Notes under the pieces: model-generated
The model's database searches: none
What the model was told of the DNA's origin: nothing
What the model saw: the letters and a program-made list of their open reading frames with translations, nothing else
In this document: positions 1-9,683 of the stretch, one piece after another
Layout of the letters: every line of letters starts with the position of its first letter
Position numbering within the stretch: position 1 is the first letter of the stretch
DNA from: Akkermansia muciniphila
GTDB lineage: Bacteria; Verrucomicrobiota; Verrucomicrobiia; Limisphaerales; UBA9464
Assembly: GCA_945883815.1 (NCBI GenBank)
Contig: CAMCYJ010000008.1
Coordinates: 1,285-65,284 of the forward strand
DNA length: 64,000 bases
Direction: 5' to 3'
Program-made: the position numbers and the translations under genes

Positions 1-142
1 CAAGGAAAATTGTCCCTCAAGTTTGGGTCCCATTTCTTGGTGCGGGTTGTTCAATTCTGAGGCTCTAGAATTCGACAACTAACGAAACCGTTCTTCGGGA
101 TTGGTGAGCCAAGAACTCGACACCTGACTGCAGGCAACCCGA

Positions 143-1348
143 TCAGAGTAAGTGGCCCATCCGGTCTCGTTTGGTTTTCAGGTAGCGCTCATTGTCCGGA
201 TTGGGCGTCACTCGAATGGGGAGTTGCTCGATGATCTCCAACCCATGACCCTGCAAACCCACCACTTTCTTCGGGTTGTTGGTCAGCAGGCGGATCTTTT
301 TCACTCCCAGATCCGACAGCATCTGAGCCCCAATGCCGTAGTCTCTCAGGTCCATCGGAAAGCCCAGTTGCAGATTGGCTTCTACGGTGTCCAAACCCTG
401 CTCTTGCAGCTTGTAGGCTTTGATCTTGGCACCCAGCCCGATGCCTCGCCCCTCTTGCCTCATGTAGAGAATGACCCCTCGACCTTCCTTTTCGATTCGC
501 GCCATGGCCGCGTGCAGCTGGGGGCCGCAGTCGCATCGGCGAGAGCCGAAAACGTCTCCGGTCAGGCATTCGCTGTGCACCCGAACCATGACCCCTTTTT
601 TGCCGGACACTTCACCTTTCACCAGAGCCAGGTGCTCGGATCCATCCACTTTGGAGGAGTACAGGTGCAGCGTGAAATCACCGTAGTCGGTGGGCATACG
701 GATCGATTCGACCCGGTCGATCAGTTTTTCGGAATTCCTTCGAAATTGGATCAGCGACTCGATGGTGCAGATCTTGAGTTTGTGTTTCTTTGCGAAACGC
801 AGCAGCTGTGGCAAACGGGCCATTGACCCGTCATCATTCATGATTTCGCAGATCACGCCTGCAGGGCGCAGGCCTGATAGAGTGGCCAGATCAACGGCCG
901 CCTCGGTATGCCCGGCTCGGCGCAGCACCCCTCCGGCCTTGGATCGCAAGGGGAAGACATGCCCTGGTTGGACAAGATCCGCGGGAGTGGCCGTGGGGTC
1001 CACCATGACTTGAATCGTTCTGGCTCGGTCGGCGGCGCTGATGCCGGTGCTGATGCCTTTGGCGGCATCGACGCTGACCTGGAAGTCGGTCTTATAAGCG
1101 TCACGGTTCTGCACGACCATCTGTTCGATTCCCAACTGTTTGAGCCGCTCACCCACGGTCGGAACGCAAATTAGTCCTCGCCCGTGTTTGGCCATGAAGT
1201 TGATCGCATCCGGGGTCACCTTTTCGGCAGCCAACACCAGATCACCCTCGTTTTCTCGATCCTCGTCATCCACGACAACCACCATTTTCCCTAGGCGAAT
1301 ATCGCCCAGTACGGAGGGTATGTCGTGAAATGGAACGCTCTTCTTCAT
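143..1348 (-). CDS. ribBA: bifunctional 3,4-dihydroxy-2-butanone-4-phosphate synthase / GTP cyclohydrolase II
   Basis: 401-aa ORF. N-terminal DHBP synthase signature [16 protein letters not shown]...[10 protein letters not shown]-terminal GCH-II cysteine motif [23 protein letters not shown]. Confidence 0.93.
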   Translation of the reverse strand: MKKSVPFHDIPSVLGDIRLGKMVVVVDDEDRENEGDLVLAAEKVTPDAINFMAKHGRGLICVPTVGERLKQLGIEQMVVQNRDAYKTDFQVSVDAAKGISTGISAADRARTIQVMVDPTATPADLVQPGHVFPLRSKAGGVLRRAGHTEAAVDLATLSGLRPAGVICEIMNDDGSMARLPQLLRFAKKHKLKICTIESLIQFRRNSEKLIDRVESIRMPTDYGDFTLHLYSSKVDGSEHLALVKGEVSGKKGVMVRVHSECLTGDVFGSRRCDCGPQLHAAMARIEKEGRGVILYMRQEGRGIGLGAKIKAYKLQEQGLDTVEANLQLGFPMDLRDYGIGAQMLSDLGVKKIRLLTNNPKKVVGLQGHGLEIIEQLPIRVTPNPDNERYLKTKRDRMGHLL

Positions 1349-1417
1349 GTCAAGCGGTCAGTCGCGGATTGGTGATGGCTCTTTCGGGCAGTGGGCTTGT
1401 GAAGTGTCAGCTCAGAG

Positions 1418-1960
1418 TCACTCCAGCCCCAGCAAGCGGCGTCCTTCGGCGGTGATCATGCTTTGGTGCCAGGGTGGGTCCCAGACGATCTCAACCGATG
1501 CGTCTTCAACACCCGGCAGGGTGAGGATCTTCTGTTGGGCATCACCGGCGATGGTGGCTCCCATGCCACACCCAGGAGCGGTCAGGGTCATCTTCACGAA
1601 GACCTTTTTGGTGCCGCTGGGAAGAAGCTCGATCCCCATGTCGTAGACCAGTCCCAGATCGACGATGTTGACCGGAATCTCGGGGTCGTAACAGCTGCGG
1701 AGGGCTTCCCAGACCGCTTTCTCGTCTGTGTCACCGGTGACGGGTGTGGTCGATGCCGCGGCGGATGGAGTAATTCCCAAGGCGTCCGCATCCTTGGGCC
1801 CGATGCGGAACAGGCCGCCCATGGCATGGACGGTGTAGGACCCACCCAGAGTCTGGGTGATGTCCACCTCGGTTCCGGCCGGAAGGGTGACGACATTGCC
1901 GGCTGGGATTTGGATCGCGTCGCAATCGCGGGAAAGAACGACGGTGCTAACGGAATTCAT
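1418..1960 (-). CDS. long-form SufT-like Fe-S assembly protein (DUF59/MIP18 C-terminal domain)
   Basis: 180-aa ORF. The C-terminal half has the DUF59 pattern (CYDPEIPVNIVDLGLVYD...TLTAPGCGMG). The N-terminal extension is typical of long SufT. Confidence 0.7.
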   Translation of the reverse strand: MNSVSTVVLSRDCDAIQIPAGNVVTLPAGTEVDITQTLGGSYTVHAMGGLFRIGPKDADALGITPSAAASTTPVTGDTDEKAVWEALRSCYDPEIPVNIVDLGLVYDMGIELLPSGTKKVFVKMTLTAPGCGMGATIAGDAQQKILTLPGVEDASVEIVWDPPWHQSMITAEGRRLLGLE

Positions 1961-2024
1961 GGCGGGTGCAAACTAGCGCGGAGTCCGCGAAAGAGAAGTC
2001 AAAGGTCGTTCGGTGGGTGGATCA

Positions 2025-2180
2025 GGGACAGGCTCAATCAGGGGCGGATCAGGGACGGGCTCGTATTTTGCGCCTCTCGGCCGGCGGTAGGCTCATGGTG
2101 CCGGGGGCCGGGGCGTTTTGTTCCTCGGTGGGCAGAAGTCTGTAAGCCTCGGGAATCTGCGGCTTGATTGGGGACAGGCT
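2025..2180 (+). repeat. GGGACAGGCT motif cluster A (3 copies)
   Basis: Copies at 2025-2034, 2052-2061 (GGGACGGGCT, 1 mismatch) and 2171-2180. The first two sit in a 27-bp local duplication (GGATCAGGGACAGGCTC). Confidence 0.85.
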
Positions 2181-2326
2181 CTTGTTTGGATCGAACGCTC
2201 GTAACTACAGGAATGCTCAGGCTTTCGAGATTCATGGCTTCAACTCGGCTTCGACAGACGTTTTGGTTTCCGATGAATTGGATCCGTCGCATCCCGATTC
2301 AAATGCAGGTTCAAGATAGAAAACTT

Positions 2327-2360
2327 TTGACAGATTGGGTCCTGCCGCAGATTAACTAAT
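2327..2360 (+). promoter_or_regulatory. candidate sigma-70-like promoter for the riboswitch leader
   Basis: Perfect TTGACA at 2327-2332, followed 17-19 nt later by the AT-rich stretch GATTAACTAAT (2350-2360). It lies about 25-50 nt upstream of riboswitch helix P1. The -10 hexamer is ambiguous. Confidence 0.3.
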
Positions 2361-2382
2361 CCCGCTGCAGGGAACTGCGGCG

Positions 2383-2500
2383 CTCATCCAGAGTGGCAGA
2401 GGGAACGGCCCGATGAAGCCACGGCAACCGGTGGAGCTGACGTGCTCGACGGCCAGGTGCCAAATCCGGTCGGAACTAAAAAAGTTCCGGCGAAGATGAG
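2383..2500 (+). promoter_or_regulatory. SAM-I (S-box) riboswitch aptamer
   Basis: P1 halves are CTCATC (2383-2388) and GATGAG (2495-2500). The conserved core CAGAGTGGCAGAGGGAACGGCCCGATGAAGCCACGGCAACC and GGTGCCAAATCC matches the remembered S-box consensus (e.g. B. subtilis yitJ leader) almost base for base. Confidence 0.9.
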
Positions 2501-2521
2501 AAGCGTCGGCTCCCTTGGAGA

Positions 2522-2555
2522 CCCCTTCTCGCTTTGCGGAAGGGGATTTTTGTTT
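2522..2555 (+). terminator. intrinsic terminator (expression platform of the SAM-I riboswitch)
   Basis: The 7-bp stem CCCCTTC (2522-2528) / GAAGGGG (2539-2545) has a 10-nt loop and is followed by ATTTTTGTTT. It starts 22 nt after the aptamer. Confidence 0.8.
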
Positions 2556-2635
2556 CCCACCGCATCGGTTTTTCGGATGCGCGTCGTCAGGTCGTCGCGG
2601 CAGTTATTTTTCTTATGAGCCAGAGCAACGGATTC

Positions 2636-3880
2636 ATGAAGGCACTGAAGTGCCGGGAGTGCGGTCGAGAATACCCCTTGGGGGCAACGCATGTTTGCGA
2701 GTTCGATTTTGGACCGCTGGAGGTGGCCTATGACTACGAGCGCATCCGCCAGAGTCTCACCCGAGAGAAGATTTGTTCGCGTCCCCAGAACATGTGGCGA
2801 TACCGGGAACTCCTCCCGATTGCCGGTGAACCGACGGTCGGAGCCAAGGTGGGGTACACCCCATTGATCAAGGCAGATCGCTTGGCCGCCCGGTTGGGGA
2901 TTCGCGAATTGTGGATCAAGAACGACGCGGTCAACTATCCGACACTGTCCTTCAAGGACCGTGTGGTGAGTGTTGCCCTGAGTCGCTCAGTGGAACTCGG
3001 ATTCAAGACTGTCGCCTGCGCGTCCACGGGCAATCTGGCCAATTCGGTGGCGGCCAATGCCGCGGCCGCGGGTCTTCACTGCTATGTCTTCATTCCCTCG
3101 GACTTGGAGCAGGGAAAGGTCGTCAATTCGCTGGTCTACGGAGCCAATGTCGTCGCCATTCGCGGACATTATGACGAGGTGAACCGGTTGTGTGCGGAGA
3201 TCGCCGGCAAGTACGGGTGGGCGTTTGTGAACGTCAATATGAGGCCCTATTACGCTGAAGGTTCCAAGAGCATGGGCTTCGAGATTCAAGAGCAGTTGGG
3301 GTGGCGGATTCCGGAACACACGGTGGTCTGCATGGCTTCGGGTTCTTTGCTGACCAAGATCCACAAGAGCTATCAGGAGTTTTCCAAGCTGGGATTGGTG
3401 CAGAGCCAAGGGTGGAAAATCCACGGAGCGCAGGCCACGGGTTGCTCTCCGATCACGACTGCGCAGAAAGCAGGGTTGGATTTCTTCAAGCCAGTGAAGC
3501 CCAACACCATTGCCAAGTCGTTGGCGATCGGGACTCCGGCTGACGGCTTCTATGCTCTCAAGGTCATGAAAGAGACCGGCGGCCACGGGGACGACGTCTC
3601 GGACGATGAAATCCGCGACGGTATCCGACTGCTTGCTGAAACGGAGGGGATTTTCGCAGAGACGGCCGGCGGCGTGACCGTGGGTGTGGCCAAGAAGCTC
3701 ATCGCTCAAGGCAAAATCCCGGCCGACTCCAGCGCGGTGTTGTGTATCACCGGCAACGGACTCAAGACGTTGGAAGCCATGCTCGGCCACTGTGGTGAGT
3801 CGCGGGTGATCAAGCCCAGCCTTAGGGAGTTTGAGAGCTTGTTGGCCTCGGATCAGGTCGAGGTTGCTGGTTCTCGTTGA
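2636..3880 (+). CDS. threonine-synthase-family PLP enzyme with N-terminal zinc ribbon (ThrC-like; possibly a homocysteine synthase, see findings)
   Basis: The ORF spans 2534..3880. The likely start is ATG 2636 (MKALKCRECGREYP), with 2615 as an alternative. PLP-lysine motif PTLSFKDRV and a Trp-synthase-beta-like fold pattern (ACASTGNLANS, CITGNGLKT) are present. Confidence 0.85.
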   Translation: MKALKCRECGREYPLGATHVCEFDFGPLEVAYDYERIRQSLTREKICSRPQNMWRYRELLPIAGEPTVGAKVGYTPLIKADRLAARLGIRELWIKNDAVNYPTLSFKDRVVSVALSRSVELGFKTVACASTGNLANSVAANAAAAGLHCYVFIPSDLEQGKVVNSLVYGANVVAIRGHYDEVNRLCAEIAGKYGWAFVNVNMRPYYAEGSKSMGFEIQEQLGWRIPEHTVVCMASGSLLTKIHKSYQEFSKLGLVQSQGWKIHGAQATGCSPITTAQKAGLDFFKPVKPNTIAKSLAIGTPADGFYALKVMKETGGHGDDVSDDEIRDGIRLLAETEGIFAETAGGVTVGVAKKLIAQGKIPADSSAVLCITGNGLKTLEAMLGHCGESRVIKPSLREFESLLASDQVEVAGSR

Positions 3881-4202
3881 TCGATTTGGCATGGGGTGTC
3901 TGTGAACATCCACAGGCATGGTTGGCTCTGATTCCGCCCCAACTCCGCCGACATTGTGGTGGGGAACGGGCTGTCGAAGTCGAGCCCGGAGCCCCGAGAG
4001 AGGTGCTCCTGCAATTGCAGGAGCGCTTCGATGGGGTTTATGATCAGCTGCTTAATCCCGATGGAAGGTTCGTGGCGCGGTTCTGATTCTCGTCCACGAC
4101 GAAGTCGTTCGGTTTCAAGACATTCGGTTTCTTCGAGAACTTCAGACTTCGGTACGATCCGGGGATTCGGTGCGTCTGATACCAGACTTTGCGGGCGGTT
4201 GA
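3877..4202 (+). pseudogene. MoaD/ThiS-family sulfur-carrier (beta-grasp, C-terminal GG) gene interrupted by a 1-nt frameshift
   Basis: The N-terminal part is in frame 1 (LIPPQLRRHCGGERAVEVEPGAPREVLLQLQERFDGVYDQLLNPDG) and stops at 4084-4086. The C-terminal part is in frame 0, read by hand from 4065 (KVRGAVLILVHDEVVRFQDIRFLRELQTSVRSGDSVRLIPDFAGG, stop 4200-4202). The TTG start at 3877 overlaps the upstream TGA stop (TTGA); an alternative TTG start is at 3922. Confidence 0.75.
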
Positions 4203-4281
4203 GACAAGCACTCGGATCCCTTTCACATTCACAGATCCCGCTCTGGTTCCGCATGGAATCCACCGAAACCCGCTGCCGGCT

Positions 4282-4872
4282 TTACATGTCCTGAAGATAC
4301 AGTTGGCGGTTCCGCCAAAGGTAGGTGGCACCGCTGTAAAGGGTCAGGGCCACCGCGATCCATTGAGTGGCTTGTGCAAAGGTAACGATCCAGGGTCTGC
4401 CCAGTACAGGCCAAGCAAAGAGGGCTTCGCCGACCGATCCCCACTGCGGGTAGCTCATGGCCAAGAGTGTGGCCAGGATGGTGGTGATTTGGGACACCGT
4501 CTTGTGCTTGCCCAGTCGCTCGGCGGCCAAAACAACATTCTTGGAAGCCGCCAGCAGGCGGAGTCCGGTGATGGCGAGTTCTCGGCCGACTATTACCGCC
4601 ACCATCCATGCTTCGATTTGTCTCAGCTCGATGAAGGCGATGAAGGCGGAACAGGTGAGGATCTTGTCGGCCAAGGGATCCATCAGCGTTCCAAAGGCAG
4701 TAATCAGCTTGCGGTCACGGGCGATCTTTCCATCCAGGAAGTCGGTGAGGCTCGCCAAACTGAAAAGGACCAGTGCCCACGACCGATTTCCCGGAAACGG
4801 CGCGAATGCCGCCACCCAAAACAAGCCCGTCAGCGCGAAACGGGAGACGGTCAATTGGTTGGGGAGATTCAT
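4282..4872 (-). CDS. pgsA: CDP-diacylglycerol--glycerol-3-phosphate 3-phosphatidyltransferase
   Basis: 196 aa. Contains the CDP-alcohol phosphatidyltransferase motif DFLDGKIARDRKLITAFGTLMDPLADK and is multi-pass hydrophobic. Confidence 0.88.
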   Translation of the reverse strand: MNLPNQLTVSRFALTGLFWVAAFAPFPGNRSWALVLFSLASLTDFLDGKIARDRKLITAFGTLMDPLADKILTCSAFIAFIELRQIEAWMVAVIVGRELAITGLRLLAASKNVVLAAERLGKHKTVSQITTILATLLAMSYPQWGSVGEALFAWPVLGRPWIVTFAQATQWIAVALTLYSGATYLWRNRQLYLQDM

Positions 4873-4905
4873 CGGCCGGTTCAGTGTGTCGTGCAGCGGT
4901 GGGAC

Positions 4906-6054
4906 TCAGCGAGTGGTTTTTGATGCCGGCAAGCTGCGGATGGTCTTCAGCAGAGTATCCATTTCCGATTCGGACCCGATCGTGATCCGCAAATAAGATT
5001 CCAGATCGGCAGCGGCGAACCACCGGACTAGGATTTTTTTCTGGCGCAGGTCTTCCAGCCACTGACGCGCCGGTGGACCCGGCGGTCGGGCCAAGATGAA
5101 GTTGGTCTGGGAGGGCAGAACCTGCCAACCCAGGTCGGTCAATGCTTGCGCCATCCGACTCCGGGATTCACACACGCGCCGGAAGTTGCGCTGGTAGTAG
5201 GGTAGGGCTTTGAGTGTGGCAGATGCCGCGATTTGGCCTATACCATTAACGTTATAGCTATCTCGAATCCGGTGCAGCGCAGCGATCAATTCGGGATGGC
5301 CTACCCAGTAGCCGATCCGTTGGAAGCACAACGAATAGGCCTTGGAGAAGGTTCGAGAAATGATCACATGGGGATGCTTGAGGCACAGCTCCATGGCGTT
5401 TTCGTCTGCGAAGTCGACGTAGGCCTCGTCTAGGACCACCACCCCTTTCATAGCGCTGCACAGGGCTTCCAGCTCGTGGGTGGAGTATCCGCGACCACTC
5501 GGTGCATTCGGGGTGGTAACGAAGGTCAGTGCAGCCTGGAAGTCCCAGCGTTTGCCCCGACGCAGTTGGGGAACCGAGGGGATTGCGAAATCGCTCAGCA
5601 ATGGCACGGGATACGGGGTGGCTCCGTGCGTTTCGGCCAGCACGGAGTATAGCGAGTAGCTGGGCCAAAAATATTGGACTCGGCTTTTGGAAGACTCGCT
5701 CGCGGTGGAATCTCTGTTGGTCGCAGGCTCCACGAAGGCTCGGACACCCAGGGCAAGCAATTCGTCCGAGCCGTTTCCAATGATGATCTGATCGGGCGAG
5801 CACTGGTGCAGTGTGGCCAATTGTTCCCGGAGCAATTGAGCCGAGGGGTTGGGGTACAACCTCATGCGGCCATCAATCGCCGCCTTCATTGCCGATAAAA
5901 CCTTCGGTGCCGGCGGGTAGGGATTCTCGTTGGTATTGAGTTTGATCAACCCTTTCACCTTGGGTTGCTCACCCGGCACATAGGCATGCAGTTCGCGGAC
6001 CAAGGGGCGAACCAGCTTGGCTGGTGATCCGTTGCGATAGGAATGTTTCGACAC
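4906..6054 (-). CDS. hisC: histidinol-phosphate aminotransferase
   Basis: 382 aa. Contains NTNENPYPP, GNGSDELL and the PLP-lysine region SRTFSKAYSLCFQRIGY. Confidence 0.9.
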   Translation of the reverse strand: MSKHSYRNGSPAKLVRPLVRELHAYVPGEQPKVKGLIKLNTNENPYPPAPKVLSAMKAAIDGRMRLYPNPSAQLLREQLATLHQCSPDQIIIGNGSDELLALGVRAFVEPATNRDSTASESSKSRVQYFWPSYSLYSVLAETHGATPYPVPLLSDFAIPSVPQLRRGKRWDFQAALTFVTTPNAPSGRGYSTHELEALCSAMKGVVVLDEAYVDFADENAMELCLKHPHVIISRTFSKAYSLCFQRIGYWVGHPELIAALHRIRDSYNVNGIGQIAASATLKALPYYQRNFRRVCESRSRMAQALTDLGWQVLPSQTNFILARPPGPPARQWLEDLRQKKILVRWFAAADLESYLRITIGSESEMDTLLKTIRSLPASKTTR

Positions 6055-6096
6055 AGCGATTTGGACCGGAACAGCTGTGCGGCAGCCACCGGCTTA

Positions 6097-6350
6097 GGGA
6101 CAGGCTCTTAGCATTCGATTCCGTTCCACCAAAGGACAATCTCCGAGGATCCGGCACGACAGGTCAGTTTGGATGGGATTTCATCGACCAAGGGACAGGC
6201 TGCGGCACCGTAGGGACAGGCTGCGGCAACCTCTAATTGCAGAGGGTTATTCGATGTGATGGTCCTGATTCCAAGGAGGTCGAGGATGAGAATGAGTTCA
6301 GGGACAAAGGAACAGAGGGACAGGCTCGAGAGGGGACAGAGGGACAGGCT
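6097..6350 (+). repeat. GGGACAGGCT motif cluster B (5 perfect copies plus degenerate ones)
   Basis: Copies at 6097, 6192, 6213, 6317 and 6341, all in + orientation. The 6192/6213 pair is a 21-bp tandem (AGGGACAGGCTGCGGCA). The 6317/6341 pair is a 24-bp tandem (AGAGGGACAGGCTCGAGAG). Confidence 0.9.
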
Positions 6351-6482
6351 CGAGAGAGGGCACACGAGAGAATACATGGACATGCTCGCGATTTTTCGGA
6401 AGGGAAGGGCCAAGGTCTCGCTTGCCTGAATGGGGGGCAGACGTAGCTTTGCGCTCCCCGCTCTGGCGGGGTTCCTTAATCC

Positions 6483-9350
6483 ATGAGCCTTGCGTCACTG
6501 TTTCAGCATCCCGATTCGTTCGCCCACCGCCATATCGGCCCTCGCCCTGAGGAGTGGGATGTCATGGCTCAGGTCTGCGGACATGCTTCGTTGGATGCAT
6601 TGGTGGCGGCCGCAGTCCCCGCACTGATTCGCCGAAATGATTCGATGAGTCTTCCTCAGTCTTTGGGAGAAACCGCTGCTTTGGGTCGATTGCGTTCTAT
6701 CGCCGCCAAGAACCAAGTCTACAAATCCTACATTGGTCTTGGCTATCACGACACGATCACGCCGCCGGTGATTCAGCGAAACATTCTGGAGAATCCGGGT
6801 TGGTACACGCAGTACACCCCGTATCAGGCGGAGATTTCACAGGGCCGTTTGGAGGGATTGCTGAACTTCCAGACCATGGTGTGCGATCTGACGGGGTTGG
6901 ACATTTCCAACGCTTCCCTTCTGGACGAGGCCACGGCCTGCGCCGAGGCAATGACTCTGTGCCGTCGAGTCAAGGAGGCAGATGCCGATCGCAACACGTT
7001 CTGGATCGCTTCGGACTGCCACCCGCAAAACATCGATCTGGTGCGGACACGGGCTGAGGCGTTGGGTCTGCAGGTCGTGGTGGGCGATTGGAGGCAAGCT
7101 TTGCTCGGGCCAGAGGTTTTCGGTGTCTTGATCCAGTATCCAGGCAGCTCGGGCGAGGTGGGTGATTATTCGCATTTGGTGAAAGCAGCCCATGAGGCCG
7201 GTGCTTTGGTGGTCTTCGCCGCGGATTTGCTGGCGTTGACGCTGTTGAAAACTCCAGGCGAATGGGGCGCAGATGTTGCCGTTGGCAGTGCCCAGCGCTT
7301 TGGTGTCCCGCTGGGTTTTGGAGGTCCGCATGCGGCCTATTTTGCGACTCGGGACGCATTCAAGCGATCCATGCCGGGTCGTTTGGTGGGCGTCTCCAAG
7401 GACTCCCGCGGGCGCCCCGCCTTGCGGTTGTCGCTCGGGACTCGCGAACAACACATCCGACGCGATAAGGCGACCTCAAACATTTGCACGGCCCAGGCGC
7501 TCCTGGCCAACATGGCCATGGCCTTCGCAGCCTACCATGGGCCCGAGGGCCTGACGGCCATCGCCCGACGGGTTCATGGACTGACAGGACTGCTGGCGGC
7601 GGGGCTCCGGCGGTTGGGGTTCCGACTGGCCGCAGACACGTTCTTCGACACGCTGACAGTGCTAGTGCCCGATGCGGCGTCCGTGCACAAGGCCGCCGAG
7701 GCGCTCCATATCAACCTTCGTCGCCTGGATGCGCAGCGTATTGGTATCGCATTGGATGAAACCACCGGCCTGGAGGAGGTGCTGCAAATTCTCAGAGCCT
7801 TTCATGGGGGGCAGTCGTTGCCTTTCGCCCTGGAAGACTTGTCTGCGTGCGCTCCGGTGCTGCCGCAACGTTCCAGCACCTTCCTGACCCATTCGGTCTT
7901 CCAGAAGCACCGCAGCGAGACCGAGATGCTCCGGTATCTCCGGCGCCTGGAATCCAAGGACCTGTCGCTCTGCCACAGCATGATCCCTCTGGGGTCCTGT
8001 ACCATGAAGCTCAACGCATCTGCGGAGATGTTCCCGGTCAGTTGGCCGGAGTTTGGCGCCATTCATCCGTTTGCGCCGTTGTCGCAGACCCGTGGTTACC
8101 AGCAGTTGTTCGAAGAACTGGAAGCGTGGTTGGCTTCGTGCACCGGATTTGCGGGTGTTTCGCTGCAACCGAATTCGGGTTCTCAGGGCGAATACGCGGG
8201 ATTGCTCATCATCCGAGCCTGGCACCGCAGTCGGGGAGAAGGGCACCGGAATGTATGCCTCATTCCCAGCAGCGCCCATGGGACTAATCCCGCTTCGGCG
8301 GTGATGGCGGGAATGACGGTGGTTCCGGTGGCGTGCGATTTGGAGGGCAATATCGACGTCGTGGATATCCGGCAGAAGATCGCAGAACACGGGGCAGCCT
8401 TGGCCGCTCTGATGATCACCTATCCCAGCACCCACGGTGTGTTCGAAGTGGCGGTGAAGGATATCTGCCAGTGGGTCCATGAAGCCGGTGGCCAGGTTTA
8501 CATGGATGGGGCGAACATGAATGCCCAGGTCGGTCTGACCTCTCCAGGAACCCTCGGAGCCGATGTGTGTCACCTGAACCTGCACAAGACCTTCTGCATT
8601 CCGCACGGCGGCGGCGGCCCCGGCGTGGGCCCCGTTTGTGTGGCCGCCCATCTGGTGGATTTCTTGCCGGGTCACGCTGTGGTGAACTTGGGGGGCGAGG
8701 ATCCGATCGGCGCGGTGAGTGCCGCACCCTGGGGCAGTGCTTCGATTTGCGTCATTTCATGGATGTATATCCAGATGATGGGCGCCGTGGGGCTGACTGC
8801 GGCCACCCGGGTGGCCATCCTGAACGCAAATTACATCGCCCAGCGACTGCAGCCCTATTTCCCGACGTTGTACCGTGCCAACGGGTGCGTTGCCCATGAG
8901 TGCATTCTGGATCTTCGCCAGTTCAAAAAAGTGACCGCCGAGGACGTGGCCAAACGATTGATGGACTACGGTCTCCATGCGCCCACCCTGAGTTGGCCGG
9001 TGGCGGGAACGTTGATGGTTGAACCGACCGAGTCGGAGCCTCGGGCCGAGTTGGATCGGTTCTGCGAGGCCATGATTGAGATCCATGGCGAAATCCTGGA
9101 GGTGGAATCGGGGCAGGTGGACGCCAAGAACAATCTACTCAAGAATGCTCCTCATACTGCGGATCAGATCGCAGGAGAGGTCTGGGATCGTCCCTATACC
9201 CGCGAGCGGGCGGCGTTCCCGGTAGCGGGTCTGAAGGATTTCAAGTTCTGGCCCGCATCGGGTCGGGTCGACAATGTGTTCGGCGATCGAAATCTGGTTT
9301 GCTCCTGCGTCGGGATGGAGGCCTACGGTACTCCGGTCTCGGAGCGGTGA
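6483..9350 (+). CDS. gcvP: glycine dehydrogenase (decarboxylating), single-chain P protein
   Basis: 955 aa with full-length GcvP similarity, including the PLP site [18 protein letters not shown]. Confidence 0.95.
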   Translation: MSLASLFQHPDSFAHRHIGPRPEEWDVMAQVCGHASLDALVAAAVPALIRRNDSMSLPQSLGETAALGRLRSIAAKNQVYKSYIGLGYHDTITPPVIQRNILENPGWYTQYTPYQAEISQGRLEGLLNFQTMVCDLTGLDISNASLLDEATACAEAMTLCRRVKEADADRNTFWIASDCHPQNIDLVRTRAEALGLQVVVGDWRQALLGPEVFGVLIQYPGSSGEVGDYSHLVKAAHEAGALVVFAADLLALTLLKTPGEWGADVAVGSAQRFGVPLGFGGPHAAYFATRDAFKRSMPGRLVGVSKDSRGRPALRLSLGTREQHIRRDKATSNICTAQALLANMAMAFAAYHGPEGLTAIARRVHGLTGLLAAGLRRLGFRLAADTFFDTLTVLVPDAASVHKAAEALHINLRRLDAQRIGIALDETTGLEEVLQILRAFHGGQSLPFALEDLSACAPVLPQRSSTFLTHSVFQKHRSETEMLRYLRRLESKDLSLCHSMIPLGSCTMKLNASAEMFPVSWPEFGAIHPFAPLSQTRGYQQLFEELEAWLASCTGFAGVSLQPNSGSQGEYAGLLIIRAWHRSRGEGHRNVCLIPSSAHGTNPASAVMAGMTVVPVACDLEGNIDVVDIRQKIAEHGAALAALMITYPSTHGVFEVAVKDICQWVHEAGGQVYMDGANMNAQVGLTSPGTLGADVCHLNLHKTFCIPHGGGGPGVGPVCVAAHLVDFLPGHAVVNLGGEDPIGAVSAAPWGSASICVISWMYIQMMGAVGLTAATRVAILNANYIAQRLQPYFPTLYRANGCVAHECILDLRQFKKVTAEDVAKRLMDYGLHAPTLSWPVAGTLMVEPTESEPRAELDRFCEAMIEIHGEILEVESGQVDAKNNLLKNAPHTADQIAGEVWDRPYTRERAAFPVAGLKDFKFWPASGRVDNVFGDRNLVCSCVGMEAYGTPVSER

Positions 9351-9683
9351 GTGCTGCTAGTCTTCTTTTTCAATCCATCATCCATTGATGTCCAAGATCG
9401 CCCTCGGGCGGTCTCGTTTTCAAGGACACAGGGGATTGCCGGTTTGTCTTCGATTTCTGGTCCCAAGGGAGCGAATTGAGCTTAATCCGAGACCGATGGG
9501 TGAAGTCTGGTCCTTTTGTGGAAGGCTCCTCGAATTGATTGGAGAATCCATTGTTTGGATAAACCAGAGAGGGCTTTAAACCAGAGGGGGAACGACAGGC
9601 GCCGATTGTGAGCGTGGGGTTCGGGGAGGGGGGGCTGTGTCAAAAACTTGGACAAAAATTCAGACAAAAACTGGGACGAGAAA

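Noticed and set aside
6108-6446. ORFs 6108..6413(-) and 6237..6446(+) with repeated peptides (CPLSSLSL x2, GTEGQARE x2)
   Set aside because: The peptide repeats are a direct consequence of translating the tandem DNA repeats. There is no start context or homology.
6360-6482. Expected glycine riboswitch upstream of gcvP
   Set aside because: I looked for the conserved cores (GGAGAG...ACCGAAGGGGCAA...CTCAGGCAAAAGGAC) and found nothing resembling them.
9385-9579. 64-aa ORF in the gcvP/tRNA spacer, and a search for a known sRNA there
   Set aside because: The ORF has no coding signature or homology. I could not match SRP RNA, 6S RNA or tmRNA cores by eye, so the 330-bp spacer remains unassigned.
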